In this document: one piece after another, positions 8,276 through 17,920 of the stretch
Position numbering within the stretch: position 1 is the first letter of the stretch
Layout of the letters: each line of letters opens with the position of its first letter
IMG/VR virus record: IMGVR_UViG_3300042090_001530
Coordinates: 64,001 to 128,000 of that record
Direction: 5' to 3' (one strand)
DNA from: a virus
Taxonomy: Duplodnaviria > Caudoviricetes
Length of the DNA: 64,000 bases
Made by a program: the position numbers and the translations under genes
Notes under the pieces: generated by a model
Told to the model about the DNA's origin: nothing
The model's database searches: none
The model's input: the letters and a program-made list of their open reading frames with translations, nothing else

Positions 8276-9220
8276 ATGACTGAACTCGCTGTTGTCGAAC
8301 CGCATACGGCGGCGCTCGCCCAGCCTGTGCCGCAGGCTGCGCTGGCCGTGCAGGAGACGAGCCCGCTTGCCCGCTGGGTGGAGGAGGCCGCGCGGGCGGA
8401 GGAGCTCGCGACGCGGCTCGCGAGCACGTCGTTCGTGCCCGCGTCGATGCGCGGCAAGCCGGTCGAGGTCATGGCGGCGATCCTCGCCGGCATCGAGCTC
8501 GGCTTTCAGCCGATGGCGGCGCTGCGCTCCATGGACGTGATCCAGGGGACGCCGGCGCTGCGCGCTCACGCGATGCGCGGCCTGGTGCAGTCGCACGGGC
8601 ACGACGTGGAGCTGGTCGGCGAGGCGACGCCGGAGCGCGTGGTGATGCGCGGCCGCCGCAAGGGCACGGAGAAGTGGCAGCAGACCACCTGGGATATTCC
8701 GCGCGCCGCGAAACTCGGCCTAGTCGGGAAGCCGGAGTGGAAGAGGCAGCCGCAGACGATGCTCATCGCGCGCGCTACTGGCGAGATTTGCAGGCTGGTG
8801 GCGTCCGACGTCATTTACGCGATGCCGTACGCGGCGGAGGAGTTGGACGGCGACACGCTGCCGGACGGCCGTCCGTTCGCAGAGCCGCGGGTGACCGTGG
8901 ACGAGGTCATGAACCAGACGCCTGCGGTCGAGGCGCCGCGCCCGGACTACCTCGCGATGGCGCAGGCCGCCATGTCGATCGAGCAGTGGCGGGAGGTCTG
9001 GGGTCAGGCGTTGTCGGCGGGACATCTCGACGACGAGTTGAAGCAGCAGCTCGTGCAGCGCGGCCAGGAGCTCAAGAATGCCAGTCAGCCTGCGATCGGG
9101 TCGACCGCGGAGCCGTCGCCGTCGGACTCGTGCGGCATCTGCATGCAGCCGGGCCACTTCGAGGACGACTGCCCGCAGCGCGACGACTCCGAGCCCGCGC
9201 CGGATGAGGCAGGCTACTGA
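8276..9220 (+). CDS. RecT-like single-strand annealing protein with C-terminal CCHC zinc knuckle
   Basis: AILAGIELGFQPMAALRSMDVIQGTPAL...W.RQPQTML.ARA actinophage SSAP pattern, directly after RecE; C-terminal CGICMQPGHFEDDC. Confidence 0.75.
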   Translation: MTELAVVEPHTAALAQPVPQAALAVQETSPLARWVEEAARAEELATRLASTSFVPASMRGKPVEVMAAILAGIELGFQPMAALRSMDVIQGTPALRAHAMRGLVQSHGHDVELVGEATPERVVMRGRRKGTEKWQQTTWDIPRAAKLGLVGKPEWKRQPQTMLIARATGEICRLVASDVIYAMPYAAEELDGDTLPDGRPFAEPRVTVDEVMNQTPAVEAPRPDYLAMAQAAMSIEQWREVWGQALSAGHLDDELKQQLVQRGQELKNASQPAIGSTAEPSPSDSCGICMQPGHFEDDCPQRDDSEPAPDEAGY

Positions 9221-10155
9221 TGCCTCTCACGCGAGACCAGCTTCGCCGCGAGGCGGAGAGGCTGCTGAGCCGGGCCAGCTTCGTCCGCTCGGAGGCTGAC
9301 CCCACGCCGTCGCTTGACCCGCAGACGACCGCGCTGATGGTTGCCCGCGCCCAGGTGTACGCCACGCTGGCAGCTACCGCAGGCGACGAGATCGTCACGG
9401 CGTACGTCCACGACGACCACGAGGTCGCGTTCGAGTCGACCTGCGCGGCATGCGCAGCCGAGGCCGAGGCTTCAGCCATCGCGCGCTTCAAGGCGATGTG
9501 CCACATCGTCGGCGCCCACATCGCCGAGGGCCTGGACTCGGAGGACCGCCAGTTGCGGGACTTCCTGACCGGCCTCGCCTACGAGTTGGACCGTGCCGGG
9601 CTCGGCGTCACGGATGTGGTGGAGGCGACCGCGCTGAAGTACTGCTACAACCGCCACCGGGTCCGGGTGGACGGCGCGATGTACTCGCTGGACAGCCAGT
9701 GGGTCGACGCGCTGGGCGTCACGTGGGAGTACGTGGGTGAGTGGGACGCGCACCGCGGGCCGATCATGTGCACGCCTGAAGTGTGCCCCGGGCTTCCGCT
9801 CACGCCGCTTCCGCAGCTCGTTTTGAACCGGGGCCCGCTGCGCTGCGGGCAGTCGACGCCTTACCGCTCCTATGACGAGGGCTGGGGTCGTGGCCCGACG
9901 TTCGATCCCGAGACGAAGATCTACGACGGCCGCGGAATCGAGGGGCGGTACGACCTGAGCCTGCCGATCGTGGACAAGGACGGCGCCACGTGGCGGTGGA
10001 CTGGCGAGTTCGATCGCAGCGAGCCGCTAGTCAGGCTGGACGGCGACGACGGCCATGTCACGATCCTCAACGCGATCGAGGTGTTCAACGGGCCGCTGCG
10101 CCAGCTTGAGGCCGAGGACGGCGTCGAAACCCCCGTCGGGGTGCCCGATGTCTGA
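9220..10155 (+). CDS. Phage protein with two phiSA1p31-like repeats
   Basis: YSLDSQWVDALGVTWEYVGEW and YDLSLPIVDKDGATWRWTGEF. Confidence 0.55.
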   Translation: MPLTRDQLRREAERLLSRASFVRSEADPTPSLDPQTTALMVARAQVYATLAATAGDEIVTAYVHDDHEVAFESTCAACAAEAEASAIARFKAMCHIVGAHIAEGLDSEDRQLRDFLTGLAYELDRAGLGVTDVVEATALKYCYNRHRVRVDGAMYSLDSQWVDALGVTWEYVGEWDAHRGPIMCTPEVCPGLPLTPLPQLVLNRGPLRCGQSTPYRSYDEGWGRGPTFDPETKIYDGRGIEGRYDLSLPIVDKDGATWRWTGEFDRSEPLVRLDGDDGHVTILNAIEVFNGPLRQLEAEDGVETPVGVPDV

Positions 10156-10894
10156 GTCGACGACGGCTGCCTGGTGGCGCGGTTCCGCGCTTGCGTTCGA
10201 CATTGAGTCGACTGGCGTCAACGTGATCGCCGATCGGGTCGTGACGGCGGCGCTCGTGCATCTCGGCGACGGCCCGCCGCGTCCGGAGCGGTTCATGGTC
10301 GATCCGGGTGTCGAGATCCCTGCCGAGGCGACCGCGATTCACGGGATCACGACGGAGGTTGCGAAGGCGACGGGCGTGCAGCCGGCTGGCGCGCTGCGGG
10401 CCATCGCCGACACGTTGGTAGCAGCGCTGAGCGCCGGGGTCCCTGTCTTGGGTACGAATCTCGTCTACGACCTGTCGCTGCTGCATTTCGAGTGCCTGCG
10501 GCATGGTCTGCCGACGCTGACTGAGCGGCTTGGCGGTGAGGTCGCGCCGATCGTGGACGCCCTCGTTGTCGACAGGGCCGTGGACACGTACCGCAAGGGC
10601 AAGCGGAAGCTGCCCAACCTGTGCGCGAATTACGAGGTCAAGCATCACGGCGAGCACGACTCTGCGTATGACGCGCTTGCCGCGGCCGAGGTGATCGCGG
10701 CGATCATGGAGAAGTTCCCGGCACTCCAAGAGATGTCGCTGCCTGAGTTGCATAGAGCACAGGTCGGCTGGGCGCGCGAGCAGCAGGTGGGCTTGCAGCG
10801 GTACTTCGACGAGACGCGGCGCTCTGGCGAGGAGCGCGAGGTCGTCGAGATGGGTTGGCCGCTTTACGACATCACGGCGGCCGGTGCCTCATGA
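10148..10894 (+). CDS. DnaQ-like 3'-5' exonuclease (DEDDh)
   Basis: AFDIESTG, AIHGIT, NLVYD, HDSAYDA motifs. Confidence 0.9.
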   Translation: MSESTTAAWWRGSALAFDIESTGVNVIADRVVTAALVHLGDGPPRPERFMVDPGVEIPAEATAIHGITTEVAKATGVQPAGALRAIADTLVAALSAGVPVLGTNLVYDLSLLHFECLRHGLPTLTERLGGEVAPIVDALVVDRAVDTYRKGKRKLPNLCANYEVKHHGEHDSAYDALAAAEVIAAIMEKFPALQEMSLPELHRAQVGWAREQQVGLQRYFDETRRSGEEREVVEMGWPLYDITAAGAS

Positions 10895-11091
10895 CCGGCG
10901 TCCTGGAACAACTCGGCTGGCTGGTTCTCGCGGTCGCCGTGATCTTGGGTTTCATCTGGGTCGTCAACTCGGCGGGCCAGTACTACGCGAACCCGGACGA
11001 GGACGAGCCGCTCCTCGGCCGCCACCACGTTCCGCGGCCACCCGAGGACGCCGTGCCCGACGCGCAGCAGCCGAACGGGGGGAGTGCCTGA
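10891..11091 (+). CDS. Small membrane protein
   Basis: One TM segment; ATGA coupling. Confidence 0.55.
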   Translation: MTGVLEQLGWLVLAVAVILGFIWVVNSAGQYYANPDEDEPLLGRHHVPRPPEDAVPDAQQPNGGSA

Positions 11092-11435
11092 TGGGCATCC
11101 TGATCGGGCTCCTCACGTTCGGTGTCGCCACTCTGGCCGCGTGCGCGTGGATGCGGGTTGAAGGGCGCCGTAACGAGCGCGAGTTCGTCGAGGCGGTACG
11201 CGAGTCTGCCGAGCGACGTGCCGCCGCTGCCGCGGAGTTCGCGTTTCAGCAGCAGTTCGCTGACGTGCTCGGCCAGGCGGACTACTTCTGCCGCTGTTCG
11301 GCGCACGAGCGGGGGCTTCTGCTGCCCGATGACTTGGCCGAGCGCTACCCGTCGATGCCGCAGCGCCCCGGACCGCCCGTGGCGGATCCTGCCGAGCCCT
11401 GGCAACTGAACCTCGAGGCTGGCGCGGATGAGTGA
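11091..11435 (+). CDS. Membrane-anchored hypothetical protein
   Basis: N-terminal hydrophobic segment; TGATG coupling. Confidence 0.55.
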   Translation: MGILIGLLTFGVATLAACAWMRVEGRRNEREFVEAVRESAERRAAAAAEFAFQQQFADVLGQADYFCRCSAHERGLLLPDDLAERYPSMPQRPGPPVADPAEPWQLNLEAGADE

Positions 11436-12408
11436 CGCGCCGCACGCCGAAACCAAGCCCCCGACCCCCGGAGACCCGATGACCATCGTCGACCAGGCCC
11501 AGCGCCACGAACAGCCGCACCAGACACAGCCGGAATGGGGTGCCGAGACCGCGAACCGGGACGCCGCCCGCGAGAACGGCAACCGGACCACGCGCGTCAC
11601 GGACCTCGTCGTGCAGCATCAGACCGAGGCGACGCGTGAACGTAAGGCCCGCACCCGCTACGAGGACGGCCTTCAGGTGCTGCGCTGGCTCAGGAGCGCG
11701 CCGCTGTCCGAGCGCAGCCTGGAAATCGACCGGGTGTTGCACGACGAGCACGGCAGCCTCGTTCCGGAGCGGATCGACGAGTACATCGGGCTGCTGCTTT
11801 CGGGGATCTCGTCGCTGGAGGTTCGGCAGGCGATGCTCGCCCGGCATTCCCGGCACGCGGTGTTGGCTGAGGCGACGCTTCGCGCGGTGGCTGAGGCGCG
11901 GGAGGTCGCGGCGAACTGGCACCGGCTCGCGGAGGAGGCGGCGCCGTGGGCGCACGAGAACGGCAGCGGCCTACGCCCCGCACTGGCCCCGTCGCCGGGT
12001 ATGCCTGAGCGGCTGCCGAGGCGGGAGCCGGGCGCTGCCATGAAGGCGCCGCCGGAGAGGCCGGTCGAGCAGACGGGGCAGATCGCGCGGCGCGCGATCG
12101 ACGAGATGCTCGCGAAGGGCCAGGACGCTACGGCCGCGAAGGCGGCGCTCGCGAGCAGCTACCCCGAGGCCGGTCCGGCTTTCGGTTCGCCGGTGGACCC
12201 GAAGTTCACGGCGTCCGCACTGCCGCAGGTTCGGGCTGGCGACACGCAGACGATGCCCGCGATCGGGGACGAGGAGGTCGAGCCGAGGCTCCCTTTCTCG
12301 AACGCGGCGGACACCGCCGCCGCATCGAGGCCGGCGCGGTCGGCCGCAGAGCCAAAGGGAAAGGCGCGCGCCGCGGCCGGAAGCAAAGGTAACGGCGATG
12401 AGGCCTGA
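11428..12408 (+). CDS. Hypothetical phage protein
   Basis: 326-aa ORF with overlapping start in the operon. Confidence 0.6.
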   Translation: MSDAPHAETKPPTPGDPMTIVDQAQRHEQPHQTQPEWGAETANRDAARENGNRTTRVTDLVVQHQTEATRERKARTRYEDGLQVLRWLRSAPLSERSLEIDRVLHDEHGSLVPERIDEYIGLLLSGISSLEVRQAMLARHSRHAVLAEATLRAVAEAREVAANWHRLAEEAAPWAHENGSGLRPALAPSPGMPERLPRREPGAAMKAPPERPVEQTGQIARRAIDEMLAKGQDATAAKAALASSYPEAGPAFGSPVDPKFTASALPQVRAGDTQTMPAIGDEEVEPRLPFSNAADTAAASRPARSAAEPKGKARAAAGSKGNGDEA

Positions 12409-12616
12409 ATCGACCGCCGCGGGTGCCGGCCTCGGCGCCCTGGGCGCGTACAAGGCGGGCACCGTGCACGCCTGGCCGTAGCTGAACGTCCGGCTCGCGT
12501 TCCCCTCCGAGCGAGCCGGGTTGCCGCGCTGATCACGCGGCTAGGGCCCGACTGTGGTTCGCCCGCAGTCGGGCCGGAGGGGACAACAAGGCAACCCAAC
12601 GTTTCGGAGGGGCAGT

Positions 12617-13561
12617 ATGAGCACCAAGACCACCATCGAGTGGACGATCAATCCCGACGGCAGCGCGGGCCGCACGTGGAATCCGGCTAGCGGCTGCTCG
12701 AAGGTCAGCCCCGGCTGCGGGCTGCCGCGGTTCGAGGGCGACAAGACCGGCGGCTGCTATGCGGAGACCATCGCGCGCCGGTTCGCCGGGTCGAAGGCGT
12801 TCCCGAACGGGTTCGCGGTCACGCTGCACCCGGAGCGGCTGACCGACCCGCTGCGCTGGCGCACCCCGACTCGCGTGTTCGTAAATTCGATGAGCGACAT
12901 GTTCCACGACGAGATTCCGGAGCTGTTCATCGCGAAGGTGTTCGCGGTCATGGCGGCGACACCGCAGCACAGTTACATGTTGCTGACCAAGCGGCACGCG
13001 CGCATGCGGTCCCTGCTCAGGTCGCCGGCGTTCGCGGAGCAGTGCGACATCGAGTTCCTCGACCTGACGGTCAACCGGCACCCGAAGCTAGCCCGGAAGC
13101 GCTGGAGTTGGCCGCTCGAGAATGTGATGCTGGGCGTCAGCGCCGAGGACCAGCATTGGGCCGAGATCCGTATCCCGGCACTGCTGGAGACTCCGGCCGC
13201 GACGCGATTCGTTTCGCTGGAGCCGCTGCTCGGGCCGATCGACCTACGAAACCTGAAGACGCGCAGCGTCGTCATGGACGCTCTCGGCGGCGACGTGCGC
13301 ACCGATCGGGGTGAGATCTACGCCTCGACGCCGGCCGTGCTTGATCTCGTGATTTGCGGGGCCGAGTCCGGGCCGGCCAGGAACGCTCGCGACATGGACG
13401 TGGACTGGGTTCGTTCGTTGCGTGACCAGGTCGCGGGCGCGATCGAGGTGTCGTTCTTCTACAAGCAGGACGCGGTCAACGGGAAGAAGATCCCGACGCC
13501 GGTGCTCGACGGCAAGGTGTGGGTCGAGATGCCGCGCATGCCTGAGGCGGTGGCGTCGTGA
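12617..13561 (+). CDS. DUF5131 / Gp37Gp68-family protein
   Basis: TTIEWT...TWNPASGCSKVSPGC...CYAE, FVNSMSDMFH, LLTKRH, GVSAEDQ, FVSLEPLLGPI, GAESG, FFYKQ. Confidence 0.9.
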   Translation: MSTKTTIEWTINPDGSAGRTWNPASGCSKVSPGCGLPRFEGDKTGGCYAETIARRFAGSKAFPNGFAVTLHPERLTDPLRWRTPTRVFVNSMSDMFHDEIPELFIAKVFAVMAATPQHSYMLLTKRHARMRSLLRSPAFAEQCDIEFLDLTVNRHPKLARKRWSWPLENVMLGVSAEDQHWAEIRIPALLETPAATRFVSLEPLLGPIDLRNLKTRSVVMDALGGDVRTDRGEIYASTPAVLDLVICGAESGPARNARDMDVDWVRSLRDQVAGAIEVSFFYKQDAVNGKKIPTPVLDGKVWVEMPRMPEAVAS

Positions 13562-13863
13562 TCCTGTCCGAATACGCGAAGGCGCTCGCCGCACGCCGGG
13601 CGGACCGCCACTCCTCGCCGGCGGTCGAGACCGAGCCGGAGTGGCCGAGGTCGGTCGCCGCCCGCGCCGCAACCGCCCTGGATCCCGAGCCTGACGGTAC
13701 CGGCGCATGGCTGGTGGCCGGGCTCGTCGAACTGTATGACGAGGTGAACGCCGCAGGCCGCTGGCACGCGGTGACCGGCACGAACGTGACCGCGCCGCAC
13801 GGGGGCCAGCTGGGCCGCCTCGCGCTGGTGTACGCCCGCGACGCGGACGGCGGTGCGCGATGA
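13558..13863 (+). CDS. Hypothetical protein
   Basis: Coupled ORF. Confidence 0.5.
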   Translation: MILSEYAKALAARRADRHSSPAVETEPEWPRSVAARAATALDPEPDGTGAWLVAGLVELYDEVNAAGRWHAVTGTNVTAPHGGQLGRLALVYARDADGGAR

Positions 13864-14144
13864 CGGTCCTCGATGTCCGTGAAGCACCGCAGGCCGCACC
13901 CCAGTCCACCGGCGACGACACTGTTCACGAAATCTGCTGCGTGGACGACGATCTCGCGATGTGCGGCGAGGACGTGTCCGGCGACGAGTTCGCCGACGGC
14001 GGGGCGCCCCCGAACTGCATAGTGTGCGCGGATTTGATCAAGACGTGGGCGTACTACGCGGACCATTTCGGCGAGGACCCGCACCGGCCGGGCGATGTTC
14101 CCTGTCGCGCATGCCCGAAGCGGCGACGGGAGGCGGACCGGTAA
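13860..14144 (+). CDS. Small Cys-rich hypothetical protein
   Basis: HEICC...CG...CIVC. Confidence 0.55.
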   Translation: MTVLDVREAPQAAPQSTGDDTVHEICCVDDDLAMCGEDVSGDEFADGGAPPNCIVCADLIKTWAYYADHFGEDPHRPGDVPCRACPKRRREADR

Positions 14145-14719
14145 TGCCGATCACCCTGCTCCCGCCGCTCACCCGAGGCGGCCCGTTCCACGGCGCCGTA
14201 CGGTCCGAGGCGCTCACGGAAGGCCCGGCGTTCGCGCGTAGCCGTGGCGGTTCACGCTGGCACCGGGTGCGCTCGGCCATCCGGCACTTCATCGACACGG
14301 AGCCGAGCCACACCTCGTACCTGGCCTGGTGCGGGCAGTCGCTCTCCTCAAGCCACTGCCGCGCCGTGGACGAGCCGGATGACGGCGCGCCGGTGTGCGG
14401 CACCTGCGAGGGCCGCGCGCTGGGTCACGACCCGAAGCGGCCCGGCCTGCTGTTCACGCCGGCCACGCTCGCGCCGCCGCGGTTCTGCCCGAACCGGACC
14501 CTGTTCGAGGACGCCGGTTCGAACGTCGGGCGCTGCCTGGCGTGCCAGCAGTTGGCGCCGGTGAAGGTGCACGGCTGGAACGGCTACCCGAAGCTTCAAC
14601 TGCATGTCGCGCTGGAGCTGGTGGCGGGCTGTCCGTTCCACGCCTGGCGGTATCTCGTCGAGGCCGATGGTTCCGCGGCGTGCCGGTGCTCGGTCGAGTC
14701 CGGGCGGGGTGACTCATGA
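14144..14719 (+). CDS. Cys-rich (zinc-binding) hypothetical protein
   Basis: WCGQ, CGTC, CLAC, CPFH motifs. Confidence 0.6.
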   Translation: MPITLLPPLTRGGPFHGAVRSEALTEGPAFARSRGGSRWHRVRSAIRHFIDTEPSHTSYLAWCGQSLSSSHCRAVDEPDDGAPVCGTCEGRALGHDPKRPGLLFTPATLAPPRFCPNRTLFEDAGSNVGRCLACQQLAPVKVHGWNGYPKLQLHVALELVAGCPFHAWRYLVEADGSAACRCSVESGRGDS

Positions 14720-14875
14720 TCACGCCTGCCGAGATGGATGACGAGCAATTGTCCGCTGCGGTCCGCACCGCCGAAACCGCGGACCTCGACCCGGAGACGG
14801 TTCTCGCGAGCCTGCGGGCCGTGACTACGGCGCACCTCGATGCCGACCGCGACGAGCCCAGCCAGGAGGTGTCCG

Positions 14876-15124
14876 ATGCCTGAGCGCTTCAACCCGGCCC
14901 CGGACCCGACGTATGTCGCTGAGCAGCGCGGCCTGTTCGTGGACCTTTGCACGCTGCTCGGTGCGCACAACGCGTACGGCACGACCGAACCGGGCGACTA
15001 CGACGAGGACGGCAACGGCGGGCTACTGCTCCGGCAGTTGCCGACCGTGTGGCGGCCGGTTGAGTCCTGCCGCGACCTGGCCGCGCTCGCCGACGAGGCC
15101 TACCGTACGGAGGCGGACCGGTGA
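14876..15124 (+). CDS. Hypothetical protein
   Basis: RBS AGGAGG; coupled to RusA. Confidence 0.5.
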   Translation: MPERFNPAPDPTYVAEQRGLFVDLCTLLGAHNAYGTTEPGDYDEDGNGGLLLRQLPTVWRPVESCRDLAALADEAYRTEADR

Positions 15125-15570
15125 CCGCGATCCAGGAACCGTTGCCCGGCGCAGTTAAGGCGCCGGAACCCACTGTCATCGCCCTGGAGTTCCCGGCCGG
15201 CTACTCGCCCTCGTCGTCGCTGACGTTCTTCCAGTGCGGGTCGAACATGCGCAAGAACCGGTGGGCCAAGGCGCGCATCACCAAGCAGATCCGCCAGGAC
15301 GCGGCCCAACTCGCGCGCGCCCAGGGCCTGCCGCAGATCACGCAGCGAGTGGACGTCCTCGGCGTGCAGCATCCCGCTCCGGGCAAGCGCACGATCGACG
15401 CCGAGAACATTGCCCCGCTGGTCAAGGCTTCAATCGATGGTCTACGCGATGCGGGCGTCCTCCGGAACGACTCGTCGAAGTATGTGCGCACCGTGGCATA
15501 CACGACCGGCCCGCGCATCCCGGGCGGCCAACTGGTCCTGCACCTGACGATGCTGGACGGTGCGGCGTGA
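15121..15570 (+). CDS. rusA: RusA-like Holliday junction resolvase
   Basis: D.EN..P..KA.IDGL..AGV..ND motif. Confidence 0.75.
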   Translation: MTAIQEPLPGAVKAPEPTVIALEFPAGYSPSSSLTFFQCGSNMRKNRWAKARITKQIRQDAAQLARAQGLPQITQRVDVLGVQHPAPGKRTIDAENIAPLVKASIDGLRDAGVLRNDSSKYVRTVAYTTGPRIPGGQLVLHLTMLDGAA

Positions 15571-16925
15571 ACGCCCCCATCGACGTGATCGACATCTTCG
15601 CCGGGCCTGGTGGATGGTCGCTGGCCTGCCGCACCCTAGGTCTTCGCGAGGTCGGGATCGAACTCGACCCGTGGGCGTGTGCGACCCGCGCCGCGGCCGG
15701 GCATCTCACCGTCCGCGCCGATGTGGCCGCGTTCCCTGTCCGGCAGCTTGCCCGCCGCGGAGAACGTCCCGCACGGCGGGGACTGATCGGCTCCCCGCCG
15801 TGCGGGACGTTCTCCGCGGCGGGCAAGGGGGAGGGCGTCGGCGACCTGCCGCTGCTACATCAGGCCCTCGACGACCTTGCTGCCGGGCGCGACCCGCGCG
15901 CTGACCTCGCTGCGGCCTGCTCGGACCCGCGGACCCCGCTAGTCGTCGAGCCGCTGCGGTACGCACTGGCGATCCAGCCCGAGTGGATCGCGCTCGAGCA
16001 GGTGCCTGCCGTGCTGCCGCTGTGGGAGCACATCGCCCGGATTCTGCGCGACCGCGGCTACTCGACGTGGACCGGGATCCTCAACGCCGCCGACTACGGG
16101 GTGCCGCAAACCCGGCGGCGCGCGATCCTGATTGCCTCCCGCGTCCGGACGGTCACACCGCCCGAGCCGACTCACGCGAAGGAAGCCGAGATCGAGACGC
16201 TGTTCGGCCCCGGCCGACGGCGATGGGTGTCCATGGCTGAAGCGCTCGGCTGGCTGCCCGCAGGTGTCGTCAACACCCGCGGAGAGCGCAAGACCCCCGG
16301 CGGCAACGAGTTCTCCGCCGACCGGCCGTCTTGGGCGCTGACCGAGAAGGCCAGGTCGTGGACGGTGCGCACGCTTTCCGGCAATGGAGACGCTCACGAC
16401 TACGAGCGGGACCTAGACGAGCCGTCGCCGTCGCTGACTTCGCGATCCGACCGGTGGCGCGTCGATGTAGGCGCAGGAGGGTTCGCCGGGGGCTGGGGAC
16501 GGAACGGAGACGAGCCGTCGCCGACGATTCGACTCCAGTCGCAGTCGTGGGTACTTAGGCACAACGACCGGGCGAACGCGACGGTGCGCCGCATTGATGA
16601 GCCCGCCGGGACTCTCGCCTTCGGCCATGCCCGGAATGAGTACTGCTGGATTCCGGGCATGGCCGAAGGCGAGAGTCCCGGCGGGCATGCCTCCGATACC
16701 CACTCCCGGTCGGAGTCGGTTCACATCACAATCGAGGAGGCTTCGGTCCTTCAGTCGTTCCCGAGCGACTACCCGTGGCAGGGCACAAAGACCCAGAAGT
16801 TCCTTCAGTGCGGCAACGCCTGGAGTCCGCGCGCCGCGATGGCCGTGATAGGTGCCGCGACGGGCATCGACTGGCAGCCGGTCGCGGCGCGCTGCTACGA
16901 CGAGGTTGCGCAGGTGGCCACATGA
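15567..16925 (+). CDS. DNA (cytosine-5) methyltransferase
   Basis: DIFAGPGG (motif I), GSPPC (IV), LEQV (VI), YGVPQTRRR (VIII), LQSFP...QCGNA (IX/X). Confidence 0.92.
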   Translation: MNAPIDVIDIFAGPGGWSLACRTLGLREVGIELDPWACATRAAAGHLTVRADVAAFPVRQLARRGERPARRGLIGSPPCGTFSAAGKGEGVGDLPLLHQALDDLAAGRDPRADLAAACSDPRTPLVVEPLRYALAIQPEWIALEQVPAVLPLWEHIARILRDRGYSTWTGILNAADYGVPQTRRRAILIASRVRTVTPPEPTHAKEAEIETLFGPGRRRWVSMAEALGWLPAGVVNTRGERKTPGGNEFSADRPSWALTEKARSWTVRTLSGNGDAHDYERDLDEPSPSLTSRSDRWRVDVGAGGFAGGWGRNGDEPSPTIRLQSQSWVLRHNDRANATVRRIDEPAGTLAFGHARNEYCWIPGMAEGESPGGHASDTHSRSESVHITIEEASVLQSFPSDYPWQGTKTQKFLQCGNAWSPRAAMAVIGAATGIDWQPVAARCYDEVAQVAT

Positions 16926-17461
16926 CGCTGTCCCACGCCACGTACTCGCGCCAGGTGAAACTCAACCTCCAAGACCCCGACGACCTGTTCGTCGACGGGA
17001 TCCACGAATACGCCGGCACAATCGCCCCGCCCGTCGACCTTCACGAGCAGAAGGTCCACCTGGTTGACGCTGAAGCGATCCGGCAGGCACTCCTCGGCCT
17101 CCCCAAGGCGCTGACCGCACTGGAACGGGGCGCAGCGCTCGTCGTCTGCGACCAGTGGGGGCTCGATCGGGAGATTGTCGGGCTCGCGCGCGAAAGCCTT
17201 GATCGGGCGATCTCCCGCGCCCGCGAGGCCGCGCCGGAACGGCTGGGGGAGCTGCTGGAGACGGCTGCCGTGGAGTCGGTGCCGCCGCTCGTCGACGCAG
17301 TCAGGGTGCGCGACGCGGGGCTGGTCGAGGAGCTTCTCGTCGACCTGGACGTCCTGCAGCTACGGGCGCTCACGGTCGTCCTCGCGGACATGCTCGCCGC
17401 CGCAGGCGCGCCACGAGATCCCGGCGCCGACGTGGCGCACCTCGACCCCGAAGACCCGTAG
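16922..17461 (+). CDS. Hypothetical protein
   Basis: ATGA-coupled ORF. Confidence 0.55.
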   Translation: MTLSHATYSRQVKLNLQDPDDLFVDGIHEYAGTIAPPVDLHEQKVHLVDAEAIRQALLGLPKALTALERGAALVVCDQWGLDREIVGLARESLDRAISRAREAAPERLGELLETAAVESVPPLVDAVRVRDAGLVEELLVDLDVLQLRALTVVLADMLAAAGAPRDPGADVAHLDPEDP

Positions 17462-17482
17462 CCAGCAGGAAGTAGCAGTCCC

Positions 17483-17920
17483 ATGCCCGTCACGCTCGCC
17501 GCGCCGCCCGGCGAATCCGAGCCCATCCCGACCGAGACCGCCCGGCCCGCCACCCTGGAGCCGAGCGAGATGCTGCAGCGCGTCATAGCGATCCAGGCCC
17601 GCGATCAGCAACTCGTCGCCGACCGCTACCTGGCACTGTTCGTCGCCGCGCTGACCGCCCGACTGGCCCGCGCCTACCGCCGCGACCGGGACAGGCTGCT
17701 GCGCGCGAACCTCGCACTGCAAGCCGACCTTGACGCGTCCGCAGTCCGCGGCCGGTTCACGGCCGCGCAGATCGACGCGCTCGCCCGGGAGGTCGTCGAG
17801 CTGCAGGCCGGGCGCCGCGACCTGACCGGGAGGAACCAGACGCTCGAGGACGAGAACGCGCGGTTACGGACGCGCCTCGAAGCCGAGACGAAGCCGGCCC
17901 GCGGCCGGTGGCGTCGGTGA
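17483..17920 (+). CDS. Coiled-coil hypothetical protein
   Basis: Heptad-rich C-terminus. Confidence 0.55.
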   Translation: MPVTLAAPPGESEPIPTETARPATLEPSEMLQRVIAIQARDQQLVADRYLALFVAALTARLARAYRRDRDRLLRANLALQADLDASAVRGRFTAAQIDALAREVVELQAGRRDLTGRNQTLEDENARLRTRLEAETKPARGRWRR

